From Candidatus Woesearchaeota archaeon (GTDB lineage: Archaea; Nanobdellota; Nanobdellia; Tiddalikarchaeales; Tiddalikarchaeaceae): a stretch of DNA of 46,268 nucleotides. The translations under genes were made by a program, and so were the position numbers. The notes under the pieces are model-generated. The model made no database searches, was not told the origin of the DNA, and worked only from the letters and a program-made list of their open reading frames with translations. The stretch lies in assembly GCA_964565435.1 (NCBI GenBank), contig CAZMEY010000001.1, positions 1-46,268 on the forward strand. The letters are read 5' to 3'. Positions 1-10,249 of this stretch are shown piece by piece. Position 1 is the stretch's first letter. Every line of letters begins with the position of its first letter.

Positions 1-1
1 T

Positions 2-136
2 TTGCAGAGATTCCAGCCAGGAGAGAATGTAATGGATAAATCCCTTAATGACAAATCATTTTCGGCAGAGTTCATTAAAGAGCTGAAAAAATGGGCTAAA
101 AGCCAAAAAAATGTTGAAATGCGCTTCTGGGAATAA
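2..136 (+). CDS. 3' end of a CDS that begins upstream of the window (44 codons, ...KNVEMRFWE, stop TAA 134-136); product unknown
   Basis: The frame is open from the window edge to TAA at 134-136. No motif recognised. Confidence 0.3.
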   Translation: MQRFQPGENVMDKSLNDKSFSAEFIKELKKWAKSQKNVEMRFWE

Positions 137-167
137 TTTTTAAAACCCAATTTTTTATTATTATGAT

Positions 168-1445
168 ATGCTTGATATCAGATTATTCAGGGAAAACCCT
201 GAAATTATAAAAGATGACTTGAAAAAAAGAAAGTATTCTGACAAATTGCCCTTGGTTGACAAAATCATTGAAGCTGACTTGGCTTGGAGGCAAAAATCCA
301 AGGAATTGGACGAGCTTAAGGCATTAAGAAACAAAACAAGCAAAGAGATTGGAACAATAAAAGATGCAGCTGAAAGAGGCAAAAAAATCAAGCAAATGCA
401 GGACAATAATAAAAAAATTGAAGGAATGGAAACTCAAGTGGCTGGGCTTGAAGAAAAAACAATTGAATTAGTCAGCCAAATACCCAACTTAATGGATGAA
501 AGCGTTCCTGTTGGAAAGGATGATTCAGAGAATGTTGAAGCAAAGCAATGGGGCAAAAAGCCTTCATTTAATTTCAGCCCTTTGGCCCATCAAGAATTAT
601 GCGAAAAAAACGGATGGTATGACATTTTAAGGGGCTCAAAGGTTGCAGGGGCAAGGAATTATTTCCTTAAAGGAAACTTGGCAAGGCTTAACACTGCCTT
701 GATATCTTATGCCCAGGATTTCTTGGCCAATAAGGGATTTACCTTAATGATTCCCCCCTACATGTGCTATGATAAATGCTTTTTTGGCACAGGATACTTG
801 CCTAGCGGAAAAGATGATTTATATGAGATAAAAAATGAGGGAATGAACCTTATAGGAACAAGCGAGGTTCCAATAACAAGCTATTACATGAATGAAACAT
901 TGACAGAATCCGAGCTTCCTAAAAAAATGTGCGGATACAGCGCATGCTTTAGGACTGAAGCGGGAAGCCATGGCAAAGACGAGAAAGGCATTTTCAGGGT
1001 CCACCAATTTGACAAGGTTGAAATGGTAATACTATGCAAGCCAGAAGATAGCAAAAAAATGCATGAATATTTATTAAGCATTGCCGAAGAGTTCTGGCAA
1101 AGCCTTGGAATACACTATAGAGTCGTCAATATCTGCACAGGGGACTTGGGCGTTGTGGCAAGCAAGAAATACGACATTGAAGCATGGTTTCCAGGGCAAA
1201 ACAAATACAGGGAGATAGTAAGCTGCTCAACATTCAAGGATTACCAGTCAAGAAGGCTTAATATAAAATATAGGGAAAAAGAGGGAATGGCCCCAAAAGA
1301 ATTTATCCACACATTGAATAGCACCTTGTTTGCAAGCACTAGATGCATGATAGCAATAATTGAAAATTTCCAAAGCCAAAATGGAAAAGTCAGATTGCCA
1401 AAGGTTTTGCAAGCATATATGGGTGGCAAGGAATTCTTAGAGTAA
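168..1445 (+). CDS. serS: Seryl-tRNA synthetase
   Basis: 425-aa ORF. An N-terminal coiled-coil arm (MLDIRLFRENPE...) is followed by a class II core (FRVHQFDKVE, TGDLG, NSTLFASTRCMIAIIEN) typical of SerRS. Confidence 0.93.
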   Translation: MLDIRLFRENPEIIKDDLKKRKYSDKLPLVDKIIEADLAWRQKSKELDELKALRNKTSKEIGTIKDAAERGKKIKQMQDNNKKIEGMETQVAGLEEKTIELVSQIPNLMDESVPVGKDDSENVEAKQWGKKPSFNFSPLAHQELCEKNGWYDILRGSKVAGARNYFLKGNLARLNTALISYAQDFLANKGFTLMIPPYMCYDKCFFGTGYLPSGKDDLYEIKNEGMNLIGTSEVPITSYYMNETLTESELPKKMCGYSACFRTEAGSHGKDEKGIFRVHQFDKVEMVILCKPEDSKKMHEYLLSIAEEFWQSLGIHYRVVNICTGDLGVVASKKYDIEAWFPGQNKYREIVSCSTFKDYQSRRLNIKYREKEGMAPKEFIHTLNSTLFASTRCMIAIIENFQSQNGKVRLPKVLQAYMGGKEFLE

Positions 1446-1479
1446 TTAATTTAAAGTGCGGGCAAATAATTATTTAATC

Positions 1480-3315
1480 ATGAAAAGCAATCTGTATGTG
1501 CCTGACACAAGCATAATAATTGAAGGCCTGCTATCAAGCATGGTTCAAAAAGGCGAAATCTTTGGAACAATAATAATTCACAACGCGGTATTGGCTGAAT
1601 TGGAACACCAAGCCAACCTAAAAAAAGAGATTGGAACAATAGGAATTAATGAGATAAAAAAAATATTGGAATCAAAAAAAATAAAAATTGAATATGACGG
1701 GCAAAGGCCCACGTTCAGGGAGATAAGATATGCTGGAATAGGCGAAATTGATGCACTGATAAGGGATTTGGCAAAGACAAGAGGGGCAACATTAATAACA
1801 TCAGATGAAGTGCAATACGAGATTGCGCTTGCAAGCCAAATTGACGCAAAATTTGCAAAAATCACAAAAGAAATCAAAGGCATTGATATTGAAAAATTCT
1901 TTGACGCAACAACAATGAGCATTCACTTAAGGGAGGAATCCACTCCTAAAGCCAAGAAAGGAAAGCCTGGAGAGTGGAAATTTGAGCAGATAAGCGACAA
2001 AAAATTAAGCGCCAAAGACATTGAATCCTATGCTGAAGATATAGTGCTTAAAGCCAGCTCTGACTCAAAAAGCTTTGTTGAAATTGAAAGAAAGGGCTCA
2101 ACAATTGTGCAATTCAGGAATTACAGGATTGTGATAACCAGGCCGCCATTAAGCGACGGATGGGAGATAACTGCTGTGCGCCCAGTAAAGATTATGGAAC
2201 TAGATGATTATAATCTTCCTGAAAAATTATATGCAAGATTAAAAGAAAAAGCTGAGGGAGTGCTTGTGGCAGGAGCTCCTGGAAACGGTAAAAGCACTTT
2301 CTGCCAGGCCTTGGCTGTCTTTTACTTAAAACAGAACAAGATTGTGAAAACTGTTGAAGCCCCAAGGGATTTAATATTGCCTGACGAAATAACACAATAT
2401 TCCAAAAGCAAGGCAACCAATTCGGAGATACACGACATATTATTACTGTCAAGGCCGGATTACACAATCTTTGATGAGATAAGGAATGTTGAGGACTTTG
2501 AATTATTCAAGGATTTAAGATTGAGCGGGGTTGGAATGGTTGGAGTAGTCCACGCAACAAACCCCATTGACGCAATACAAAGATTCATTGGAAAAGTTGA
2601 GCTTGGAATGGTTCCAAGCATACTGGATACTGTATTATATATTGAGAAAGGGAATGTGGGAAAATGCCTTGAAGTGTCAATGACTGTAAGGGTTCCAAGC
2701 GGCATGACTGAAGCTGACCTTGCAAGGCCAATCATAGAAGTCAAGGATTTCCTGACCGGCGAGCTTGCCTACGAGATGTACACTTTCGGAGAGCAGACAG
2801 TTGTTGTGCCAATAAAAGACATAAAAACAAACAGCAGCAGCAATGTTGCAAGAAAAATTGCCGGCGATGTATTAAAGGATAAAATCAGAAAAGAGCTGCC
2901 TATGGGTACAAAATTTGATTTAAGAATGACCTCTGACAACAGGGTTGAAATCCTTGTGCCTGAAAGAATGATTGGAGAATTGATTGGAAAAAACGGCTCA
3001 AATATAAAAAAATTGGAAGAGAGGATTGGAGTCAAAATAGATGTAAGGGAAGGCGAAGCCAAAGATGAGGCATCAGGTGAAGAAGAAAAAAATGAAGAAG
3101 TTGATTATAAATTAAGCATTGGAAAAAAAGGCGTTGAAATAATTCTGGGAGAGGGGCTTGAAGGGGTAAGCTTTGACATAAATGTTGACGGCAAATATGT
3201 GACAACAGCAACATCAAGCAAAAAAGGGGTAATAAAGATTTCAAGCAACAGCGATGCCGGAAAAAAATTATTATTCGCCAAAAGGGGCAACCAAGAGATA
3301 AAGGTGCTTAGATGA
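1480..3315 (+). CDS. PIN-domain / PilT-like ATPase with C-terminal KH domain (archaeal COG1855-like)
   Basis: PIN-like N-terminus (YVPDTSIIIEG), Walker A GAPGNGKST, and KH signature IGELIGKNGSNIKKLEERIGVKIDV. The track ORF starts at GTG 1456; the first in-frame ATG at 1480 is preferred. Confidence 0.8.
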   Translation: MKSNLYVPDTSIIIEGLLSSMVQKGEIFGTIIIHNAVLAELEHQANLKKEIGTIGINEIKKILESKKIKIEYDGQRPTFREIRYAGIGEIDALIRDLAKTRGATLITSDEVQYEIALASQIDAKFAKITKEIKGIDIEKFFDATTMSIHLREESTPKAKKGKPGEWKFEQISDKKLSAKDIESYAEDIVLKASSDSKSFVEIERKGSTIVQFRNYRIVITRPPLSDGWEITAVRPVKIMELDDYNLPEKLYARLKEKAEGVLVAGAPGNGKSTFCQALAVFYLKQNKIVKTVEAPRDLILPDEITQYSKSKATNSEIHDILLLSRPDYTIFDEIRNVEDFELFKDLRLSGVGMVGVVHATNPIDAIQRFIGKVELGMVPSILDTVLYIEKGNVGKCLEVSMTVRVPSGMTEADLARPIIEVKDFLTGELAYEMYTFGEQTVVVPIKDIKTNSSSNVARKIAGDVLKDKIRKELPMGTKFDLRMTSDNRVEILVPERMIGELIGKNGSNIKKLEERIGVKIDVREGEAKDEASGEEEKNEEVDYKLSIGKKGVEIILGEGLEGVSFDINVDGKYVTTATSSKKGVIKISSNSDAGKKLLFAKRGNQEIKVLR

Positions 3316-3911
3316 AGGCATTGTTTTTCTCAGACATTCATGGGGATTTGGAAGCTCTAAGAAAAATCATTGACAAAGGCAAAAAAGCAGATATAATCAT
3401 TTGCGCAGGAGATTTAAGCTCGCAAGGCAATAATCTTCAGGAAATGATTGATGAGATTGGAAAAATCAAGGATAAAAAAATACTTATAATCCCTGGAAAC
3501 AACGAAACCCCTAGAATGATTAATGACTCTATTGATGATTATGAAAATATTATATCAGTGCACGCTGAAATATACCAAGACAAAAATGTTTCATTCTTCG
3601 GAATTGGAGGGGGGACAATAAGCCCATTTAATACAATATATGAATTGTCAGAGGATGAATTTGGAAAAATCCTAAAAAACGCTAAAAAAATTGATTGCTT
3701 AATCTCCCACTCGCCCCCAAAAAACACCTCGCTTGACTTAATACCTAACGGCATGCATATAGGAAGCGGGGAAGTGTTCAAATGGATTATGAATAACCAG
3801 CCAAGAGCTTGCTGCTGCGGCCACTGCCACGAAAACGAAGGCAAAGAAGAAAAATTAGGGAAAACTTACTGCTTTAATCCCGGCAAAAAAGGGATAATAA
3901 TAGATTTATGA
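3312..3911 (+). CDS. Calcineurin-like metallophosphoesterase
   Basis: Motifs DIHGD, GDL, GNNE, HSPP and GHCHE in canonical order. ATGA start/stop overlap with the upstream gene at 3312-3315. Confidence 0.8.
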   Translation: MKALFFSDIHGDLEALRKIIDKGKKADIIICAGDLSSQGNNLQEMIDEIGKIKDKKILIIPGNNETPRMINDSIDDYENIISVHAEIYQDKNVSFFGIGGGTISPFNTIYELSEDEFGKILKNAKKIDCLISHSPPKNTSLDLIPNGMHIGSGEVFKWIMNNQPRACCCGHCHENEGKEEKLGKTYCFNPGKKGIIIDL

Positions 3912-4426
3912 AAATATTAATCACGGGCTCCCCTGGAACCGGCAAAACCCAAATATCAAAGGAATTGGCCAATATTGCCCAATTATTATACATTGATGTT
4001 AAGGGAATAATCAATAACCATAAAGAAGCCATTGACAGGGTTGAAGATGGCGAGCTTGTAATTAATGAAAAATTAAAAAAAATTCTTTCAAAGGAATTGC
4101 CAAAGGATTGCATCTTTGAAACGCATTTAATAGAATACTGCCCAAAGCCGGATGTTTTGATTATTTTGCGCACAAAACCAAGCGCCTTAAAAAAAAGATT
4201 AATGTTGAGGAAATATTCAAGCCAAAAAATCCGGGACAACTTGGAGGTTGAAATCCTTGATTATTTCGCGCAATCAGTCAATTGGAAAGAAGTGATTGAA
4301 TATGATTCAAGCAATGGCTCGGCAAAGAATAATGCCAAAAAAATATGGGCACTTATTAAATTAAAAAAATACAATAAGGGCAGCATAAAATACGCTGAAA
4401 AAGAGATGAAAATTGCGCTAACTTAG
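3908..4426 (+). CDS. Adenylate kinase-like P-loop NTPase (AK6/Fap7 type)
   Basis: 172 aa with P-loop GSPGTGKT at residues 7-14, the size and layout of archaeal Fap7-like kinases. ATGA overlap at 3908-3911. Confidence 0.7.
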   Translation: MKILITGSPGTGKTQISKELANIAQLLYIDVKGIINNHKEAIDRVEDGELVINEKLKKILSKELPKDCIFETHLIEYCPKPDVLIILRTKPSALKKRLMLRKYSSQKIRDNLEVEILDYFAQSVNWKEVIEYDSSNGSAKNNAKKIWALIKLKKYNKGSIKYAEKEMKIALT

Positions 4427-4747
4427 CTCTTTTTTTGAAAAATTCAGTTCAACTTTTGAGATTATTCCAGAATCATTAATCAATAAATCCCCTGCCCAAT
4501 TCTTTGGCAATAATTGGGGATTGACTTTTAATTCAAATATGTTTGAATCCTTAAGGAACACTCTTGGATTAAAGCTAAGGGCATTAATCATTGGAGTTAT
4601 GCTGAATTCAACCATTTTTGAGGTGCTGCCATTTATTGCAAGCTTTAATGTTGAATTCTCATGGGGATAAAAGCTAAGATTCATTTTGTCAATAATTGAC
4701 TCTTTTTTTAGGAAAAAATAATCATCATAGTCAAGCAATTTGGCCAT
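4418..4747 (-). CDS. Hypothetical protein (109 aa)
   Basis: The ORF fills the gap between convergent and neighbouring genes. No motif recognised. Confidence 0.45.
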   Translation of the reverse strand: MAKLLDYDDYFFLKKESIIDKMNLSFYPHENSTLKLAINGSTSKMVEFSITPMINALSFNPRVFLKDSNIFELKVNPQLLPKNWAGDLLINDSGIISKVELNFSKKELS

Positions 4748-4772
4748 AAAACATTAATAATCAATCAATTGA

Positions 4773-5291
4773 TTAAAAAATTATGCTTCCATTTCTCAAT
4801 ATTATTATTTTTTTGCCATTAATCTTTACAACAGTGCTTGGAGGGTTTTTTGGCAGCTCGCCTTTGTCAATGATTTCATCAGCGCCTTTAATCAATGATT
4901 CATCAATCTCATTGATTGAATAAGGGGATGGCTTGCCTGAAATGTTTGCGCTAGTGCTTATTAGCGGCGCATTAATTTTTTTTATTATCCTATTGGCTGA
5001 TTTATTGGAGCTTATCCTGCAAGCTATATAATCTTTTGACACCTCATTAGGAATAACTCTTTTTTTGGGAAGCACTATGCTTAAAGGGCCTGGCCAATAT
5101 TTTTTAGCCAATTCAAGCGCTGTTTTATTCACTTTTGCTATTTTTTTCAGCATATCAATGCTGTCAACTAAAACAATAAACGGCTTATCCTTTGGCCTTT
5201 TTTTCAGCTCAAAAATCTTTTTCACTTCTTCCTTATCAAGCGCGCTGCAGCCAATGCCATAGCAAGTCTCTGTTGGATAGATTATTATCAT
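4773..5291 (-). CDS. tsaC: L-threonylcarbamoyladenylate synthase, YrdC/TsaC-type (Sua5 family, YrdC domain only)
   Basis: YPTETCYGIGC near the N-terminus, WPGPLSIVL and ISTSANISGKPS are the YrdC/Sua5 signature blocks. At 172 aa it is the short form. Confidence 0.85.
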   Translation of the reverse strand: MIIIYPTETCYGIGCSALDKEEVKKIFELKKRPKDKPFIVLVDSIDMLKKIAKVNKTALELAKKYWPGPLSIVLPKKRVIPNEVSKDYIACRISSNKSANRIIKKINAPLISTSANISGKPSPYSINEIDESLIKGADEIIDKGELPKNPPSTVVKINGKKIIILRNGSIIF

Positions 5292-5329
5292 AAAATGTTT
5301 TAAAATGCCAATAATTAAAAATCATTATC

Positions 5330-6496
5330 TTGATTGGGTTTTTTTTGGCAGGACTTCTTGGAAGCTTGGCTGGAATAATTATCGGGCTTATCCCCGGGCT
5401 TCATTTGAATATTTTCGCTTATTTGATATTGCTTAGCCCCAATCTTGAAACAGCTGTTTTTTTGATTGGCGCTTTGCTGTCAAGCAACGTTTTTGAGTTC
5501 TTGGGAGCAGCTTACCTTAATGTGCCTAAAGAAGGGGAGGTGCTGCTTAAAGGCGCTTTTGCCAGATTCATGGCTAATGGAAGAATGGCTACAGCTGTCA
5601 AAATAATCTCCTATTCATCAATAATCTCCTATGCTTTGGCAATGACTTTGTCAATATTTTTAGGGAAAATTGTTTCAACTATTAGCTATTTTTTGTCAAG
5701 CTATTCTTGGATATTGTTATTACTTGCAAGCGCTTTGATAATAATTAGGCAGAAAAACAGCTTCAAAGCATTGGCTTTTTTTATCTTGTCCGGAATCTTG
5801 GGATTATTAAGCTTTAATATCGGGCTTAATGAGCCATTCCTGCCATTATTGACTGGAATGTTTGGGATTTCAGGCTTGATAAAAAAAGGAGGCAATGGCG
5901 AACAAATAAATCAAATGGATAAAACAGCTGTTGAGTCCGGTTTTTTTGACATCTTCAAAGCTTCAATAATAGGGGTTTTATCAACTATTGCAATGATGCT
6001 TATTCCTGCAATAAGCCCAAGCCAGATAGGTTTTTTTACTGGAAACTATAAAGATGATGAATTAAAGGTTGCTTCAATGGCAAGCATTAATATCTCTGAC
6101 GCAATAATGAGCTTAACTGCTTTTTATTTTATAGGAAAAGGGAGAAGCGGGACGGTTGAAAAGATAGGGCAGGCAATTTTTATTGGATTAAAAGAGTATT
6201 ATCTAATCCTTTTTTGCGGATTTTTCAGCCTAATTATAGCATGCATTCTCGCCCCTAAAATAAGCAAAAAAATCTCCAATTATTCAAAAATAATCGGCTC
6301 AAAATGGTTCTCTTTTGGAATAATAATCTTTGTGGCATTATTGACTATTTATTTTGACTCATTCAAGGGATTGATTATTCTTGCGCTTTCAACATTGCTT
6401 GGATTGTTTCTTATTAAAAAGAATGCCAGGCCTGTGAATTTAATGGGCTCATTGGCTTTGCCAACAATATTATTCTTTTTGGGGCGGCTTTTTTAG
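5330..6496 (+). CDS. Polytopic membrane protein, TctA/DUF112-like
   Basis: 388 aa and hydrophobic throughout. The N-terminal GLLGSLAGIIIGLIPGLH resembles the TctA-family glycine/proline motif. TTG start in the track. Confidence 0.5.
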   Translation: MIGFFLAGLLGSLAGIIIGLIPGLHLNIFAYLILLSPNLETAVFLIGALLSSNVFEFLGAAYLNVPKEGEVLLKGAFARFMANGRMATAVKIISYSSIISYALAMTLSIFLGKIVSTISYFLSSYSWILLLLASALIIIRQKNSFKALAFFILSGILGLLSFNIGLNEPFLPLLTGMFGISGLIKKGGNGEQINQMDKTAVESGFFDIFKASIIGVLSTIAMMLIPAISPSQIGFFTGNYKDDELKVASMASINISDAIMSLTAFYFIGKGRSGTVEKIGQAIFIGLKEYYLILFCGFFSLIIACILAPKISKKISNYSKIIGSKWFSFGIIIFVALLTIYFDSFKGLIILALSTLLGLFLIKKNARPVNLMGSLALPTILFFLGRLF

Positions 6497-6679
6497 CATG
6501 CCTTTTGACAAAAACGACTCCAAAAAAAACCTGCCTTTTTTGTAATCAAGCTCCTCGATTTTTTCCTCTGCTTTGCCAGGCTCGGTTTTTGGAGGCTCAT
6601 TCAATTTTCTCCTAAAAAAATCAGGCGTTATGATGCAAATATATAGGCAATGCATAAATAAAAGAATTGCGTTTTAAAA

Positions 6680-9600
6680 TCAAAAATTGCTAAGGCTTAT
6701 TTGCTTTGTGTCCGGCTTGCCGAAAACGCCATCAATCCTTCTTTCAAGAATCATCAAATCCTGCCTTAAATAGTCAGGCAAATTATAATTCCTGCCTAAA
6801 TTCATGCAATGCTCAAAATATTTTTTCACACTGCCCTCAGCTATTGTGAAAATTATTTTCCCGCCGCATTTGGTGCACTTGCCAATCAATGGGGGGCGCA
6901 GGAATTTCTCGTTGCAATTAACGCACCTAAATGCCTGGCTTGAATATTTCCTCAAATTACCCTTTAAATCCTTCAAAAAATGCTTATCAATGATTAGCCT
7001 TGCAACATCATCCTTGTCAACGCACCTGAACTTGTTGGCAATTCCCAATTGCGCGTTAAGCTTATCCTCCATTGTCGCCAATGTCTTGTAAGCGCTCACC
7101 ATAGGACCTTGGTTAATATTGCTTGACAAATGGGTAAACATTAATCCCTCATATTGCTCAGGCTTATTCAATAAATCCTCAACCCTTTTTATCTTCACAT
7201 CATAAGGCATTTTGCAATCCTTTGCAGCCTGGTAAAACTCCAAAGGATAGCTGGACACTACATCAACATTGTAAGCCTCTCCGTCAATCTCCAACGGGTC
7301 AAGAGTAGTGCTTAAAACTAATGGGGCGTCCATTGTCCTGCCCCCTCTTCTGTCCGGAAGAAACTGCCTGCTGAAATTAAGCAATGCGTCAAGGAGCAGT
7401 ATTACACACAGCTCATCTCCGTCAGCATTCCTTCTGCAAGCCGCATGAAGATAAGGATGCGCATAGATGCCTTGGGATTTTGAAAATCCTATAATCCTGC
7501 TGATTATCCCTGCGCTCGTGTGGGGGGCAATGCTTATAGCTAAAACCCCTATCAAATCCTCTTTTGATTTGTAATTAAAAAACCTTGGCAAGCCATAAAG
7601 ATGCTCAAGCTCATCATCAATGAAATTCGCTGTTTTTAGCAAAAAATCAACAGAGCTCGCATCATGCCATTCCCTGCAATCAGGCAAAATCAAATCCTGC
7701 GGCAAAAGCTCAACCATTTGATTGGCATCAACTAATTCATTTCCGTAAATATCTTTACCATAACCCAATATTTTTGCTTTCTCAATGCTTAAGCCAATCT
7801 CTGAGCATTTAAAATGGGTGCAAATAGTCTCAATCATGTCATACCTCACTGTGCCATCCTTATTGACATAGACATCGTTTTTTGCACGCAAAAGAGATTT
7901 CATCAATGGCTCAGTAATCCTGTCCTTATCCCAAACTCCTTTAACGCCTTTGACTAATGAAGGTATTGCTAGCCCTGTTTTTTTCAAAACATCCCTTAAA
8001 TAATAATTGATGCTTATCTCCCTTTTATTAAAAGGCTTAGAATCCTTCATGCAGCATTTTTCCTTATCAGAGATTTTTTTGCAAACGCGGCAGTAATACC
8101 TCTTAGAGGTTTTTGAGCCGCACGATTCGCAAAGTTTGTAAATAGTTTCTTTTTTGCAAACATCGCAATAAAAAAGCGGGAATTCTGCAGTGACTATTCC
8201 CTTCTCGCTCGCTGCATTAAAGCTTCTGAGCCTGCCACCTTCAGCACCTACAGGAAACAATCCATGGGGACTACCAAGCATCTTCCTAAGCTTTGCTTTT
8301 TCAGGCCTTCCCATTCTTGCGCCAATGAATGTCCCTCCAAAATCATTTATCTTCAATCCCGACAATTCATTCGCAGCCCCCAATGCATCAAGGCTTTTAG
8401 GCTCGCTTATCTTTTTGCCGTCAAACCCCAGATTCAATAATAATATCTTGGAATCAGGCTCTGAAAGCAATAAAGATTCATTATCAACCTTATGGGGAAT
8501 ATACAATTTTTCAATTATTGGCTTAATGTTTGATGGAAGATTTATCGGAATTTTTGGATTACTATTTATGGCTTTGATTAATTCTTTTAATTCATCAATG
8601 CTGGCATTTTTGTAAAAAAATATGTAATCAGGGTGCAGGCTTATTCCAAGCTCTTTTGAAAGATAAACAGCATCATCAAAGCCGACTTTATAATTCACAG
8701 GATCTTTGGATAATGAATCATAATCAATTGATGTTTTAAAATCAGAGAAATTTTTGCCCGATTCTTCAACGGCTTTTTTTAGCTCCATAGCCCACCATTC
8801 CGGAACAAAGCCGGGAGGGACTAGCATTGAACCGTTCTCCATAAAATCCCCATAATTGAATAAAATATCACCTAAGAATATTACCTCTGAAATATTGCTT
8901 CTTATTGCCAAGGCATGCTCTTCGCTTTCAACCCTTACAACATCCCCTGTTTTTAATTTGACTATTGGACCAAGCAATGAGTCGCAAGGGCTTACTGCAC
9001 AGGCTTTCCCGGGACGCTCAACCTTTAACTGAACACCTGTTGCTATAAAATCATCTGTTATCCTCATGGTTGATGGATGCATGCAAGCTGCAGCAAGCCC
9101 CGAAAACCTGCTTCTCCCATACCTTAACCTAAAGCCTCCAACCCTCATAGGATATGAAAACACAGGCCTTCCTGCAACCAAATCCTCAATGAACCTTGCG
9201 TTAATCTTGACTTTTGAAGCATTCGGAACCGCTTCCTCAACTTTTGCCCCTTCCGGCTTTGCATGAATGTTTTTTTGCAATTCAGCATATTCGCCCAAAA
9301 AAAGCCAATTATTCATTCCAACGCTTTCGCCCCATTTCTGGATTTTTTTGATAATCTTTTTGGCTTTAAGGCACAACCCTTCAGCAATAACCAAGCACAT
9401 ACCTCCCCTGATTAAATCAGTCTCAACCCTATCCAGCCTCTTGAAATTGCTTACCTCCATCTGGCTTGTAGGGTCTCCATTAATCTCCACTGGAACATTT
9501 TTCACCATGAACTGAATCTCTTCTTTAACAGGCTTATATTGAAGCCTTGAAACCTTCTCATCATAATCACTTATCTCTGCAAAATACCTGTCAATCTCAA

Positions 9601-10162
9601 CAGGCTCAGGGTCATACTCTTTCACACCGACAGATTTCCTGGCATAATCAGCAATCAATGCAGTGACTGCCGCAGCCGTACCTCCAGCAGCCCTGATAGG
9701 CCCTGCAAAGAAGATGGAACAATACTCCTCCCCATCCCTTCTTTTTTTTAATTTCAGCTCAATAAAACCCTCTAATGGCGCACAAGTAACCCCTAAAGTA
9801 ATATAAGCCAACCCTATCCTAACCCCTGTTTCAAGGGCATTTCTTTTATCATCCCCATAATCATAGAACTTATTTTGAGCTATCTCTGACGCCATCCTAA
9901 AAGCTATTCTCCAATCCCCGCTGCCATACTCCTTTTCCAGCTCCCTTATCCTTTGCGCAATGCCTGACTTCATAACCTCTGGCGCAACCGCGCTTACAAT
10001 GCCTTCGCACCTCTCAGCAACATCTGAAGCCAATGGAATATCAACATAATCTTCAGGGTCAAATCCTTTAAGCCTCGCCTCTTTGGCTAGATTATACTCC
10101 TTCATTGTTTGGGATTCAAGCGAATCCAAATACTTTTTTACCCTTTCAGAACAGACAGCCAT
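6680..10162 (-). CDS. dp2: DNA polymerase D (PolD / Pol II) large subunit DP2
   Basis: About 1160 aa from ATG at 10162; the track ORF begins at TTG 10204. The N-terminus (MAVCSERVKKYLDS...AKEARLKGFDPEDYVDIPLA) and Cys clusters (CDVCKK..CESCG, CRVCKK, CVNCNEKF..CTKCGG) fit archaeal DP2. No intein-sized insertion. Confidence 0.92.
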   Translation of the reverse strand: MAVCSERVKKYLDSLESQTMKEYNLAKEARLKGFDPEDYVDIPLASDVAERCEGIVSAVAPEVMKSGIAQRIRELEKEYGSGDWRIAFRMASEIAQNKFYDYGDDKRNALETGVRIGLAYITLGVTCAPLEGFIELKLKKRRDGEEYCSIFFAGPIRAAGGTAAAVTALIADYARKSVGVKEYDPEPVEIDRYFAEISDYDEKVSRLQYKPVKEEIQFMVKNVPVEINGDPTSQMEVSNFKRLDRVETDLIRGGMCLVIAEGLCLKAKKIIKKIQKWGESVGMNNWLFLGEYAELQKNIHAKPEGAKVEEAVPNASKVKINARFIEDLVAGRPVFSYPMRVGGFRLRYGRSRFSGLAAACMHPSTMRITDDFIATGVQLKVERPGKACAVSPCDSLLGPIVKLKTGDVVRVESEEHALAIRSNISEVIFLGDILFNYGDFMENGSMLVPPGFVPEWWAMELKKAVEESGKNFSDFKTSIDYDSLSKDPVNYKVGFDDAVYLSKELGISLHPDYIFFYKNASIDELKELIKAINSNPKIPINLPSNIKPIIEKLYIPHKVDNESLLLSEPDSKILLLNLGFDGKKISEPKSLDALGAANELSGLKINDFGGTFIGARMGRPEKAKLRKMLGSPHGLFPVGAEGGRLRSFNAASEKGIVTAEFPLFYCDVCKKETIYKLCESCGSKTSKRYYCRVCKKISDKEKCCMKDSKPFNKREISINYYLRDVLKKTGLAIPSLVKGVKGVWDKDRITEPLMKSLLRAKNDVYVNKDGTVRYDMIETICTHFKCSEIGLSIEKAKILGYGKDIYGNELVDANQMVELLPQDLILPDCREWHDASSVDFLLKTANFIDDELEHLYGLPRFFNYKSKEDLIGVLAISIAPHTSAGIISRIIGFSKSQGIYAHPYLHAACRRNADGDELCVILLLDALLNFSRQFLPDRRGGRTMDAPLVLSTTLDPLEIDGEAYNVDVVSSYPLEFYQAAKDCKMPYDVKIKRVEDLLNKPEQYEGLMFTHLSSNINQGPMVSAYKTLATMEDKLNAQLGIANKFRCVDKDDVARLIIDKHFLKDLKGNLRKYSSQAFRCVNCNEKFLRPPLIGKCTKCGGKIIFTIAEGSVKKYFEHCMNLGRNYNLPDYLRQDLMILERRIDGVFGKPDTKQISLSNF

Positions 10163-10249
10163 GACCTTTTTGATAAAATCCCTATTTAAAAATAATTGTT
10201 GCAAGAAAATACAAGGATTGCGTTGCCAAAATTTTGGGAAATAACTGAT

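Noticed and set aside
6470-6655. 61-aa minus-strand ORF just downstream of PolD DP2 (MHCLYICIITPDFFRRKLNEPPKTEPGKAEEK...).
   Set aside because: It has no recognisable motif, overlaps the 3' end of the convergent membrane-protein gene by 27 nt, and has an implausible Cys/Ile-rich N-terminus. It cannot be excluded as a small protein, but the sequence does not support it.
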